A stretch of DNA of 64,000 bases from Macrostomum hystrix (Eukaryota; Animalia; Platyhelminthes), in contig CATNEN010000005.1 in NCBI GenBank assembly GCA_950097015.1, positions 4,278,001-4,342,000 on the forward strand, given 5' to 3'. This document shows, piece by piece, positions 1 through 11,106 of the stretch. The position numbers and the translations under genes are program-made. The notes beneath the pieces were generated by a model. It was not told the DNA's origin and did not search any database. It saw only the letters and a list, made by a program, of their open reading frames with translations. Within the stretch, counting starts at the first letter, position 1. The number at the start of each line of letters is the position of its first letter.

Positions 1-997
1 CATCACTGTTCGCATCTGTGACATTGTCAGAAGGAATTGGCTCTGGAGATGCTGGAAAAATCTATGGTTAAACTGTTAAATACTTTACTTATTTTAGTAT
101 CTATGGTCTAAACTGAATATTAAAATGCTGGTCTTGAAATAAACTGTCTAAAATTAATATTGAGTTGTCTAAATTTAACATCGGGTGTTTTGAAATAGAA
201 TGGGAAAATGTGTATCATTATTATTATTGAGGGGCGCACGCCGATTGGGTGCTGATTTTTTGTTTATTTGATGTTTGAGGCTGAACAATTCGATTTTTAA
301 AAAAGAAGACGATAGGAAAACAGTAGCATGCATAAGATTAATTTTAGGTGAATAAAATATTTGAAAGAAAACTAGTATTTAAAATAAACAAAGGCATTAA
401 AACAAAAATAAAATATTGAAATTTAAAGAGAAAATAAAACTGTGACTGAAATCACTAGACTAATGTAAAAGGTTTTAAAAAATGTAACGGATTTAGTCCG
501 AAAGCAGATTAAACTCAATAGTTAAAGGTGACTTTATTGAACCATAAATAAGTAGATTATAAGATTCCCTTGATTACTCCTTGATTAAAATTGAAATTAG
601 GGAATTTACTAACTTTAAATAACAATTTAGATGCAAGCATGAGACGCACGATTCTAACCAACCTTTAATGACCGTAGCGACAAAAAATATGCCGAATTTT
701 CTGGATAATGTTAAATTATGTTAATAAAGCAATTATCAGGTTTAAAATCAGCATATACAGATTAGGCTATAAAGACAATATGGAAACAAAATTAGTAAAA
801 GTACATATATTAAAAACTTCACGCGACGCATCAAGAGCAGCATATTCGTGTATACTCAACATTACAATTTTTGCTTACAAAACAAAAAATTCGCTTTCAG
901 GAGTAGTAAACGCTAAATAGTAGGTCAATAAATTATAAAATAGCAGGCTGCCTGAATAAAAATGTTTTTAAACAATCGACTCGAATTAGAGTTTGTT

Positions 998-3442
998 TCA
1001 GCGTGCATCAGCCACAATCTCCTGATACAATGTGACCTCACTTACAGGTCGCGAGTTCGAGCACCCAGCTCCATTCGCAGCATCAGCGCCACCATTTCGT
1101 TTGTCCTTTGGCATCATGGACAGGTAGGTACAGCTGATGCCGTCCTGAAATTAGAATTTCAACCTGAATCAGCAGAGAGTTCTTTGGAACAGAGTAAAGT
1201 ACTGCAACGAAAACTCGGCTTACATCACTGTTCGCATCTGTGACATTGTCAGAAGGAATCGGCTCTGGAGATGCTGCCGACAGCTGCTGCAATGGCACTG
1301 CCTCTTCGGATAACTCTGGCTTCACTGACTTTGCTGGAGGTGTCATTGGTGCGGCCCTCTGAAAGTTTAAAAAAATTGTGAGCTGAAGATTCAGAAGAGC
1401 TTTTATACTAGTTATTTAGAGTACCCAGATTAGGACAATCCTACCTTTCTTCGCCAAAAACATATGATGAGAACTGACAAGATGAGGGTGCAAGCAATGC
1501 TCAGTCCAAGGAAATTAATATAAATCGATCTTTTATACTCGTTGCCTTCTACAAATTTCGAACGGTGACTTACGAGTACATGTGCGTGGCTAGTGAGTGA
1601 AGCAAATCTGTACCTTTTGTTTTTGAGGAGTTCACACTCGCGTTCTCATAGATTTCAAAGTGTGAACTCGGAAAAGAAATCGTCTTAATCACACTAGACG
1701 GCAGCCAGGAAACATTCGCTTGAGCTGCAGTGCATTTCAGTGTGACAAGCGTTCCGTTTTCCCCTTGACAGCAGTTGAGGCACTTCCAGTGTGATGTCAA
1801 GGAGTCAAGGGTGGAGCTGATGAAGCTCTTATTCCATGCCTCACTCGACACTGTCAAGTTGTTCCCGAAGCTATCGAATGCACTGCACTGATGCTCTGAT
1901 TTTGGGTCTGAGCTGGAAGATAAGAAGCTGAATGTCACGTGACCTGACGGCTCTTCGCTGCAGCTCGAGTTGTCAACCGTGATTTCCAGTGTCTCTGGTG
2001 GATCTGAAAGTTAAAATGATCGAAGCTTTAAATAAACTGATAAAATATTCTTCATTATTGATCTGAGCAGCTGTACTCACACAGCACTCGCAGGTATTGA
2101 GTGCTCGCGACTTCATCTCCAACACGACAGCTGTAATTCCCAGCATGTGATGGCTGCAGGTTATGAATAAAGTGAGTCCGGTTTTTACTTCCGAGGGTCA
2201 TGTTAACACTTGGACCTGTCAGCCTGATGTGGTCTGAGAAATCAGCTGGACATCGCACATTGCACTGCACGGTAACACTCGAGTTCTGCTCTGCTGAATC
2301 GGGGAACTTCCCGCTTGATGACTGGAACTCGGCTGCAAGTTCAGATCCACGAAGTATTGTTGCTCGATGAGTAATATTTTCCGAATTTATATATACGGTA
2401 TTATTCAGTTCGGAGTAACAAACTTACTTGTCAGAACTGCTCGATTGATCCACATGTTGACAAAGTTCATGCATTGTCTTACTATGATCGTTTCATTGGT
2501 TATATATTTCCTAAGAAGAACGATTCGCACCTGAAATTTTTTAACATTTCAAAATTTAGCCTAAAGGTGACTAATGTAGGCAAATTAAAAGCATAAATGC
2601 TTTAGAAAATATTTTTGCATTCTCTTCAAATTGAAAGCAAATACGCCGTTGCTAGCTGATGTTGCAAGTAATGGTGGACAATGGTGGACATATTTTCATT
2701 ACTTTTAGTTACAGGACTTCAATGCCTCCACAATTACCTTTTGTCTTGTGCAGTTCACAGTCAGAGTCTGTCCTGATGAAACGTTGGTTGGCGTCCTTCC
2801 GCACAGCCTCCAGGTTCCGTTTTCCGCCTTCTGAAACACGGAGTTGATGTTTTTCGAGTTGCAGTGCTCCGAGCCAAAGTTCAGGTCGGCCTGCGATGTC
2901 CACACCTCAATGTCTGCTGCTCGAGCGTTCAAATTGTCTCCGTAGCTCGTATGTTCATTTTTAACTAATGCTAACAAAATTAGGAGAAATTAGGATTTTG
3001 AATGACAGGATTTAAAATAGCAACTAGAAAATCACTGGTCAGAATTAAGTGCTCACTTCTTGCTTTCATGGACACAGAGCTGATGTTCTCAAACTGCTTC
3101 AGTTTTATCACAAACCAATGAAACCCGGCATCAGTGCTTTCGTTGCCCTCCATGGAGTGAAGAAATGGCCAGTTGCCAACTTCATCAGCTGAGCGACTCG
3201 AGAAGCAAGTAGATATACTATTTTCTTGAATAAAGCTGGACGACTGCCACGATTCTTTTATAAGACTTCTTCGGACTTCAAGTTTGCCTGAAGGTCGTTG
3301 TGAAACATGTCATGGTTTTAGCGTTTACAGAAGCTGAACACGCATTTTGGTTTTCTAACTCACAGTTATCCGCGACACATGGACGCAAAACGATGAATCC
3401 GCAGACAGCTAGGCCGATGCAAAAAACTACTCGACTGTCCAT
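998..3442 (-). CDS. Receptor R1: signal peptide + F-lectin/discoidin-like domain + Ig domain + Cys-rich domain + TM + tyrosine-motif tail (about 565 aa, 9 exons)
   Basis: Hand-spliced exons 3442-3364, 3287-3057, 2964-2738, 2530-2428, 2362-2081, 2003-1614, 1548-1445, 1358-1224, 1144-998, all GT-AG with consistent phases. Signal peptide MDSRVVFCIGLAVCGFIVLRPCVA. Motifs WQSSSF, FLHS, GFHWFVIKL, RAADIEVW, FGSEHC. Ig: VTVQC...LQPSHAGNYSC. TM: FLGLSIACTLILSVLIICFW-RRK. Tail: CTYLSM and VTLYQEIVADAR-stop. Confidence 0.85.
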
Positions 3443-5007
3443 GCTAACAATGTAAAACTTATTAACTAGCTCGCAAAATTCACAGTGATGAGTCTTCTAG
3501 GGGACTTGCACTGCTATGGGACAAGTCGCGTAAATTAGCAGAAGTATATTAATATTTATTTTTTTATGAACTCAATTAATAATAATGAAGATGCAAGTTA
3601 AAATCGCAAGTTGCCTAATATACTTGTAGGACAGAATACAAGAGTCCACTTAGCAACAGAACTCTTGCTTCCAATGCTGCAGTACGAACTACGAGAATAT
3701 ATCTGCAGGCTTAGCTTGCTGGTTTACAAGCTATTTTTGATGGAGAGTTGTAAAATTTGATTCAGATTCGTCCAAACAAACCCTACTATTATACTAAACA
3801 TCTTTCTAAATTTGCAACGAAATTAGCAGTTTAGGTTACTTTAACTTTAGCATTTGATTGACTTGTCTACGTCAAACGAAGTGCAACTTCCTGTTACCAT
3901 TGTTGTAGGGCTATCTTGTCTTGTCGATTACACAAAATTTTAACTATTCTAAGAATCTGGTTTTCATAATTTCGGAGTATTTTAGGTCATAAAATTTAAC
4001 AAAGTATCTTAATATATTTATTCGGCTACTGCGTAGCTTCGGACGGTCCACACTCCGGACTAGAAGGTGTTTCGAGATAGTTAAGGTAGCCGGCCCGGCT
4101 ATCTTACTTAAGGTACTTAAGTAAGTCTTTCTATGTGTTTTTAGAAAACTATACGTCCAACTTAATAAAATAGTCAGGAAACTATCAATATTGAAATCAC
4201 GCTTAGTATAGTAAGATCAGAAAAGAATTATTGACACAGCCTCAGGAAAGAATCAATGATCAGATGTATAGAAACATATTTAAGATAGAAAGAAAGAAAG
4301 TAAACCTAGCCCAGTTGCGCCAGAGGTGCAACCAGCAGCAACGTCACGAGATGCTAATTCTCGAGCTTGTGTACAGCAGCTGTCCGTGGACTAGCAAGGC
4401 ACCACAACTCAACCAAGTTTTTAGTACAATTTTACACTTTGGTTTGAGATTCGAGGCCCCAACCTACAAGTAAAAAAATTCGAAGCTCTACCCAAAGAAG
4501 CTCCCTGTAGTGCAAAGCAATCTGTAAGCCTTGCAAATACGCTTAAGAACATTGTATTTGCATGGCTCACATGCTTCGCGTACACGACGAGGCGTCCGTG
4601 GATCGATACGGCCCAGGAATGGGAGGAAGAAGTTCGGCGAGCGTTCGCTGGGGAGCGTGTGCGTGTGGGACAAAGAAACAGCTGCCCCTGTGTCAGCAAT
4701 CTCCCAGCGTTTCTCCCTCTCTCCCCATTCTGTCTCTGTTGTGCGCGCTGCTTGAATTTAAATACACTGGAAGCGAGAGGCAGAGCTACGCTGCCGCTTT
4801 TCATGTGACTCCGGAGTCCACACAGAAACGGGCCTCTGGCCCGTGGAGCGTTTATCTCTCTGTTGCTGTGGCAGAAGGTAACAGGAAGCCAAAACTTTCC
4901 TGTTATACAATCCATCTAGTTTAAATGTAGCTTTTACGAAGTCAAGCTTTAGCTGAAACGAAGCTATTTGAAGAATACGAGGCAGGCAGCTCGTATTAGG
5001 CAGCTTT

Positions 5008-6508
5008 TCAGTTATTTCGGCAAATCTGGCTCATGTAGATACTGCGAGGCAAAGTTCTCGACTTTCCGAAATTATTTCGCTCTTGCTGTCGTTTAGATTT
5101 GTCGTGTTCAATTTCTCCGGTGTTGTTCCACGATTTCTGACGATGGGACTCAGAGAGTTTTATATGTGAGGAATCAGGGACAACTAAAACCCTCGGGACG
5201 CGAAACGAGCCAATTCATGGCAAAAAATCTGAGGGGCTCGCTTACAAGTATTGTTCTATGGCTTTTTCGAGTCTTCTCTGCTATCAAGCAAATTAAAATT
5301 GCTTTAGCTGCGGCCAGCAGTGAAGCTAAGCTGAACTATATCAAGAGAAGCATTTTTTTTCACTTGATGAAATGCCAAGAAATTGCAGCGCTTTTCCGTG
5401 CTCGTCAAATTACAACTCTGAAGCCGTTCGAACACGGATATTTGCGTTTCCCAGAGATCCACAGGAGCGGGAGCGATGTAGAAAGGCGCTGCCAAATATT
5501 CTCCAGGTAAGAAACCAGATCATTTGCTGTCATTACTGCTGCATAATTCCGCTTCAATTCTGCACGCCAGTCTCGTCCAAACAACTTGAAACCCAAAATT
5601 TATTATTTTAGAGAGTGACTGACAATATGGGCGTGTGCGTAAAGCATTAGACTTATCCTGTCTACAGCAGTTTTATTCTGCACTCTCCTACGTGCGCAAC
5701 TCGCGTGCAGAAGCTGTTTTATGTTATTAAGGACTTTTACTTTCCAACTAAGACACAGTTCAGCATGGACAGTGTGTCCCGTCAAATAGCCAACGTTTTT
5801 TTCAAAGGACTAGTAAGACGCTCGTCAAAACTCCCACCAATACCGACGACATCCCATGATAGATAGCTTCGGAAGTTAGATGCTCAGTAGGTGAAGTTCC
5901 AGCGTTTCCTTTATGTACGAGCTACTGACTGTTTGTCAGCTCACTTGTCACACTTGTAACTCTGACAAGTGCTCTATGAAACGGGGCCCTGATAGCAGAG
6001 AAGACTTGAAAAAGCCTTAGAACAATACTTTTAAGCGAGCCCCTCAGATTTTTTGCTATGAATTGGCTCGTTTCGCGTCCCGAGGGTTTTAGTTGTCCCT
6101 GTGAGGAATATTTGTCTTTGTCTTAATTCCAACGCAGACTTTATTTACCTTGCATAATACAAGAATGAGCGCAGCCATAGTGCTCAGAATCGTTCCCAAA
6201 ATGGCAGATGAAGCTGCGTACAGAAAGAAAGACAGAAAATATTTACTAGACATGTTATTTAAGGAGGATAATCCCAATTAGAACAAAATTGGTACCTTCC
6301 CAAACGCCCCGTGGTTGAAGGCAATTAACAGTTTCAATTGTTCCAGCATAAATGTGCCTATTCGTGATACCGCACCGACTCCAAAGATTTCTGCGTTTTA
6401 AAGCAGCTGCGTTTTAAGTTTTAAAGCAGGACAGATTCACAGAATTCGAGGAGTAGCTGGATGACTGCCAAGAGTCGGCGATACTCAATTTCGAAATATT
6501 CAGCGCAC
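5008..6508 (-). pseudogene. Degenerate receptor paralog R6 (lectin exon with premature stop, TM exon, tail exon)
   Basis: Exon 6508-6296 is 213 bp, the same length as exon 2 of R3 and R5. It reads CALNISKLSIADSWQSSSY with an in-frame TAA at 6414-6416. TM exon 6213-6149 (ASSAILGTILSTMAALILVLCK, GT donor). Tail exon 5148-5008. The intervening intron shrinks to 65 bp once the 5175-6101 element and one TSD are removed. No ATG-led signal exon found. Confidence 0.55.
5175..6101 (+). mobile_element. Non-autonomous DNA transposon with about 110-bp TIRs, 8-bp TSD and a THAP-domain remnant (P/Galileo-like or hAT-like)
   Basis: TIRs begin CAGGGACAACTAAAACCCTCGGGACGCGAAACGAGCC at both ends. Perfect TSD TGAGGAAT at 5167-5174 and 6102-6109. 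Internal ORF 5372+ MPRNCSAFPCSSNY...IFAFPRDPQERERC matches the THAP N-terminal pattern, with the conserved Trp replaced by Cys. Confidence 0.85.
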
Positions 6509-9016
6509 CTAAAAATGTTTTACATGGGCGCGCCTGTGAATATTCATAGCTTTGTGACGCTCTCGGTGTGGACCCAGGTGGTGAAATAAATAACGACAAA
6601 CACCGCGAAGATGTGTGTAGCGGTAGCACTCAGACAATGACGGTAACAGTAAGCGATGACAAATATTATTATTGGCGACGTTTGCGGGTATAGGTATACA
6701 GACAAGCTCGTGGCGTTATTAGCGTGGGTAACAGAAGAATAAGGTTGAATCCTTTCTTGCACTGTGGTGGGCAACAATTATAAAGTGAGGATAAAAGAGG
6801 CTGGGATACCGGTGGCTACGGCCGGTAACAGGACAGCACTCCCTGACCCCAGTGGAACACTTAAGCGGAAGCGGAAGACGGCGGAAGGAGAGCTAAAAAC
6901 GGAGGGCGATGGCGGAAGGAAGGAAGGAAGGTGGCCCTCGAGCTCCCAGCCAGACAGATACATAAGGAACGGGCTGGGGGTTGGCGCACAAACAGAAGCT
7001 TAATTTTGACCCGGCATAATTTATGCCTCGCCTTACAATTAGCTCGCGCAAAAATGCTAACTATAACAAGAAATCATCGATCGCAGAGTACATAGAGCTT
7101 CCGGTCGCACCGCACAAATTGAGATGGTTTCGTACTCTAACGTTTGCTTAAAGTAGCCAATCAGACATTTTAACAATTGGTGGAAATGAATATTAAATTG
7201 ACAAAATTCCAACATGGGTTAAAATGGCCCTAGTTAGATCCACATTCAATGAAACGTCACAGCTTTTCCAAAAGACTGACCATAATTTCTTAGGATTACT
7301 TACAGTTGCTTATTAAGAGATAAAATTTGCGATTAGCGATAAATAGCGATACATTTATAGCGATAAATAACTCATTATCGCTTATTCGCCTGGATAAAAG
7401 CCTCAAAAAGCACAATTATTCGATAGATTAGCAGACTGTTCCCTTGAGTTCGAAGCAGATATATTCCTTAACAGCTGAAAATATGGTGCCAGTGGTGATG
7501 CCTGTAATACACAATGGCTGTAGCTACCCACTGCTATTAACAGCTAGTCTTATTATACGTTTTCTAGCAAATTTTCACCGAACTGTTTCCTTTGAGTCCA
7601 ATTGTATACATTGCTAGTCTCTTGAAACTAAATGACAACAATAAACCTGAATTCTATTTTGAAATAATGTTCAAGTGCTATAATACAAACGGAATAGCTA
7701 TAATTATGACAATTTGTTTTGTACATCGTTGATTATCTCATTCATGTACAAAATTACTATTCAGTTTCAAATTTTCACTCACGAAATTGCTTAAAAAACT
7801 ATAAAAACTCTGATTCTTTCGTTTTTATTTCTTGGCTGATTAAATTATGGCATCAAAATTAAAGTGACATTTTCATTATAATGTACAAAGGTGCCCCTTT
7901 CACCCTGGCGTCGCTGCATCTGTTTCAGCCACCCTGATACAGTGATACTATGAACAAGCTCCAAGCAGGGTTGCACAGCTATGCAACCCCTCAGTGGCAC
8001 CCGCTGATGATTGGTAGCTGGTTTGTGCTCCGATTGGCCAACGTCCAAATAAATTTTGAGTACAATTACACTCAAATGGATCCAGCTTGGACACATCAAA
8101 TTCAATGGACTAATATGATTATTATTTAGAGCTGATTCTCATCGACTTTGAGAGACGTTTGGTAGATAAGAAATAAACAAATAAGCAAAGCGGGTGAGTT
8201 TAGTCGAAAAAAGTGTTTGTTGTCTAAACAAAGCTTTATTAATTAATGTTAACGGAAATATTTTCTCTCGTGAAAAATTATAATTTTTAATTCTATATTT
8301 TGTATTTTTGTTAATGTGTGATACCATGATATAATAGTTTTCGATGTATTTATAATCAAGCAAATTTATTTTATTTAAGCGATAGCGACCGAGCTAAATT
8401 TGTTTTACGCAGTTGCATCGCAACGAGCAACAAATTATTTTGTGCAGGAGTATGCACGATAAACAATTGACTGTAAATAATGAAAGCTTTTCCAAACATC
8501 AATAACGAATCATGCAGGCTACACCATATCAACCATGTACAAAATACCAAGTATCAAAATGACGGGAATATTATTTGCAAGAGGGCTTCGTTGGCACTGG
8601 CACATACTATGACATACTAGCACATACAATTTGTTGACAGTAGACCGACAGCCGGCGACAGGGAAAGACAAGCTCCGAAGACTTACGAGTATGTGAATGT
8701 GACTTTGCCGCGAAATCATGGACTTTGGTTCAAGAAGCAACGGATTAGCCTCTGTAACCACACACCCCACCCAAAATAGGATGCCAGTTAGTATTCGCAT
8801 AAAATTTGAAATATTAGATAGAAGGATAAATTATGTAAATTTAAGAACGAAAATGTAAATTCTTTGACTATACTGTGTTAAAGTGGGATTTAGAAAGTAA
8901 ATTTCCAGTTATTTATTCAATACGAAGCTATTTTAAAACTGAACTGCCATGCAGTGTCGCGTTGGATACAAGCGATTCAGGGATACAAACATGACTTAAT
9001 TGCGCAGATCGTCCGT

Positions 9017-11106
9017 TTACTCGAGAGACCCTGCAGCTAGTTCGGATGAAGCTTGTTCTGTCGGCGAGTAGCGTAACCGGCGCTTATTCTGAAATTTACA
9101 AACACATTTAGTTACTTTGCGTAACAGGCAGACTTAGAAGGTTTGGAACTACTGTAGTTGTCTTGCCTTTATCATTGTTATTGTAGCAAAGGCTACTGAG
9201 ATGATAGCTACGGCAGCGAGAATAAGAACTGTGCTTGCCAGCGCAATGGCATGCGATTTATTAGGATACTCTGCAAATTCAAGGGACAATTATCGCGTTG
9301 TTTAGAAAAGAAAGTTTAATAAAAAAGTCTTGAAAAAAAAAACTTTACCATAGAAACAAAATTCGCGATTTAGATGCAGACTTTTAACAATGGACACACT
9401 CCAAAGTTCATGGTCATTTAGACCAGAAGAAGCTGCAGTGCAATTAACGGTTAGGTTGGCTACAGCGCCACAGGTTTTGCATGACCAAAAAGAACGGATT
9501 GAGCTCTGTTTTGAGTCACTTAAGCTGTATTCTTTTCGAATAAGTTCAAGCCCTAAATCAATTGCTCTACAAAAGTGCGTCGGTTCTGGTTCTGCCGCAG
9601 ACGACTCGAAAGCCAGCGTTGGTGACCGTCCGGCGCACAGGTTCATTTGATAATCGATTTTCAATTCGGCAGGCGGAGCTGAAAAAAAATAGTAATATTA
9701 CTTACCGCAGAAGGGCTGTTGGTACTTGAATGGACATTGTCAACTTACATTCAATAACGAGACTTCTGGTGCTGACAGCAACGTCGTCATCAATTCTGCA
9801 AGTGTACTCACCGGCATGCGACTCATTCACATGATTAATCACGTAAACTTGATTAGCGGTTGCTAGTGTCTGATTCCTACTAGGCCGAGTTAGTTTGATT
9901 CGTGACTTATCGATGTTTAAGCATTTCGAAGCGCATCTCAGAGTCACCGTTTCATTCTTTCTGATGATCGATCTGGGTTCGATTTCCACTGGTAAAATGG
10001 TTTGAAAAAAACACATTTAGTTGAGTTAAAGTTACATTTTTACGATGTGTTGTTTTACCCGCCAAGAAATGCTTTGACCAATGCGATGCATTACTTACCA
10101 GATAGTGACACATTCCACAGCATGTCACGAAAGCTCATGTAATGGTCCAGTTTATTCGCTCCTTCGGTAATTGACTTTCGAAAAGCAACCATCTGGGTAT
10201 AGTGTTTCGAATGTATTTTTTTATGTTTGTCTATGCGATGCAAATCATAGTTTAACACAAACCTAATGGCTACATTGTGCATAACTGATTTTGATTCTCT
10301 ACAGCATTCACTTTAAACATGCTATTCCCATCAGCTTATTTGGTGGCTAAATATCACTTGGCTGTCAGACGCGTCCCTTTGTTTGTTATATTGTTAAGTA
10401 ATTAACTTAGCTTCAGATGCTAAACTCACCTTTGTTAAGCCTCCACAATCGACAAAGAACCATCCGCTGTTTCTGTTGCCAGTTTTTCCACAAAATCTCC
10501 ACTTGTACTTGTCACCATCAAATATAGAGCTAATAGTTTTTGACTCGCAAGAATTCGAGCCAAAGTCAACATTCGATTGCGTAATCCAAATTTCGATGTT
10601 CTGCGCATGGCTTGTGTAACTAATATTATCGACCTCTGAGAACAAGGTTTAGACCGATCTGTTTAGCTACAGGCAGTAAATGAATGCAAGTTCAAAGAAG
10701 GCCAGACTTACCTCCATGCGTGATGTACAGCCTGTTTAACCAAATAGTACTTGGGATAAGCATAATCAGCCAGTGATAGCCGTTGTCTGCAGCAGCAAGC
10801 CCAAAGCCTGAGTGGAAATAGAATTGAGTCTCGGGGTTGCCAAGTCCGCAGTACTTTTCACCTGATGAGCTCCTGAAGCTTGACGACTGCCATGTTCTAG
10901 TCAAATTTGATCTCAAAATAGACTTTAAGCCTGAATGAAACGAAGTTAATTTGAGAAAAACCATTTTAACATTTTTCACTGGCGTCTACTCGTAATAAAA
11001 TAGTGAGAAAAATTTACGACTTACATTGCGAAGCATTCGCTTGATGCACACAATGGGTAATAATGGTGAATAAAAGAAGTGCATGCTTTGCTGTTACAAA
11101 AACCAT
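9017..11106 (-). CDS. Receptor R2: signal peptide + lectin-like + Ig + Cys-rich + TM + short basic tail (about 448 aa, 8 exons)
   Basis: Exons 11106-11025, 10930-10712, 10635-10430, 10192-10099, 9988-9749, 9678-9349, 9270-9167, 9088-9017, with consistent phases. Motifs WQSSSF, YFHS, DNGYHWLIM, FGSNSC. Ig: VTLRC...VNESHAGEYTC. The TM exon is 104 bp, as in R1 and R5, and needs a GC donor (AAG/GCAAGA). The last exon is less certain. Confidence 0.8.

Noticed and set aside
4488-4673. CxxC-rich peptide (EACEPCKYNVLKRICKAYRLLC) as a piggyBac C-terminal domain
   Set aside because: The fourth Cys is missing, no TTAA-bounded TIRs were found, and there are no DDD-domain motifs nearby.
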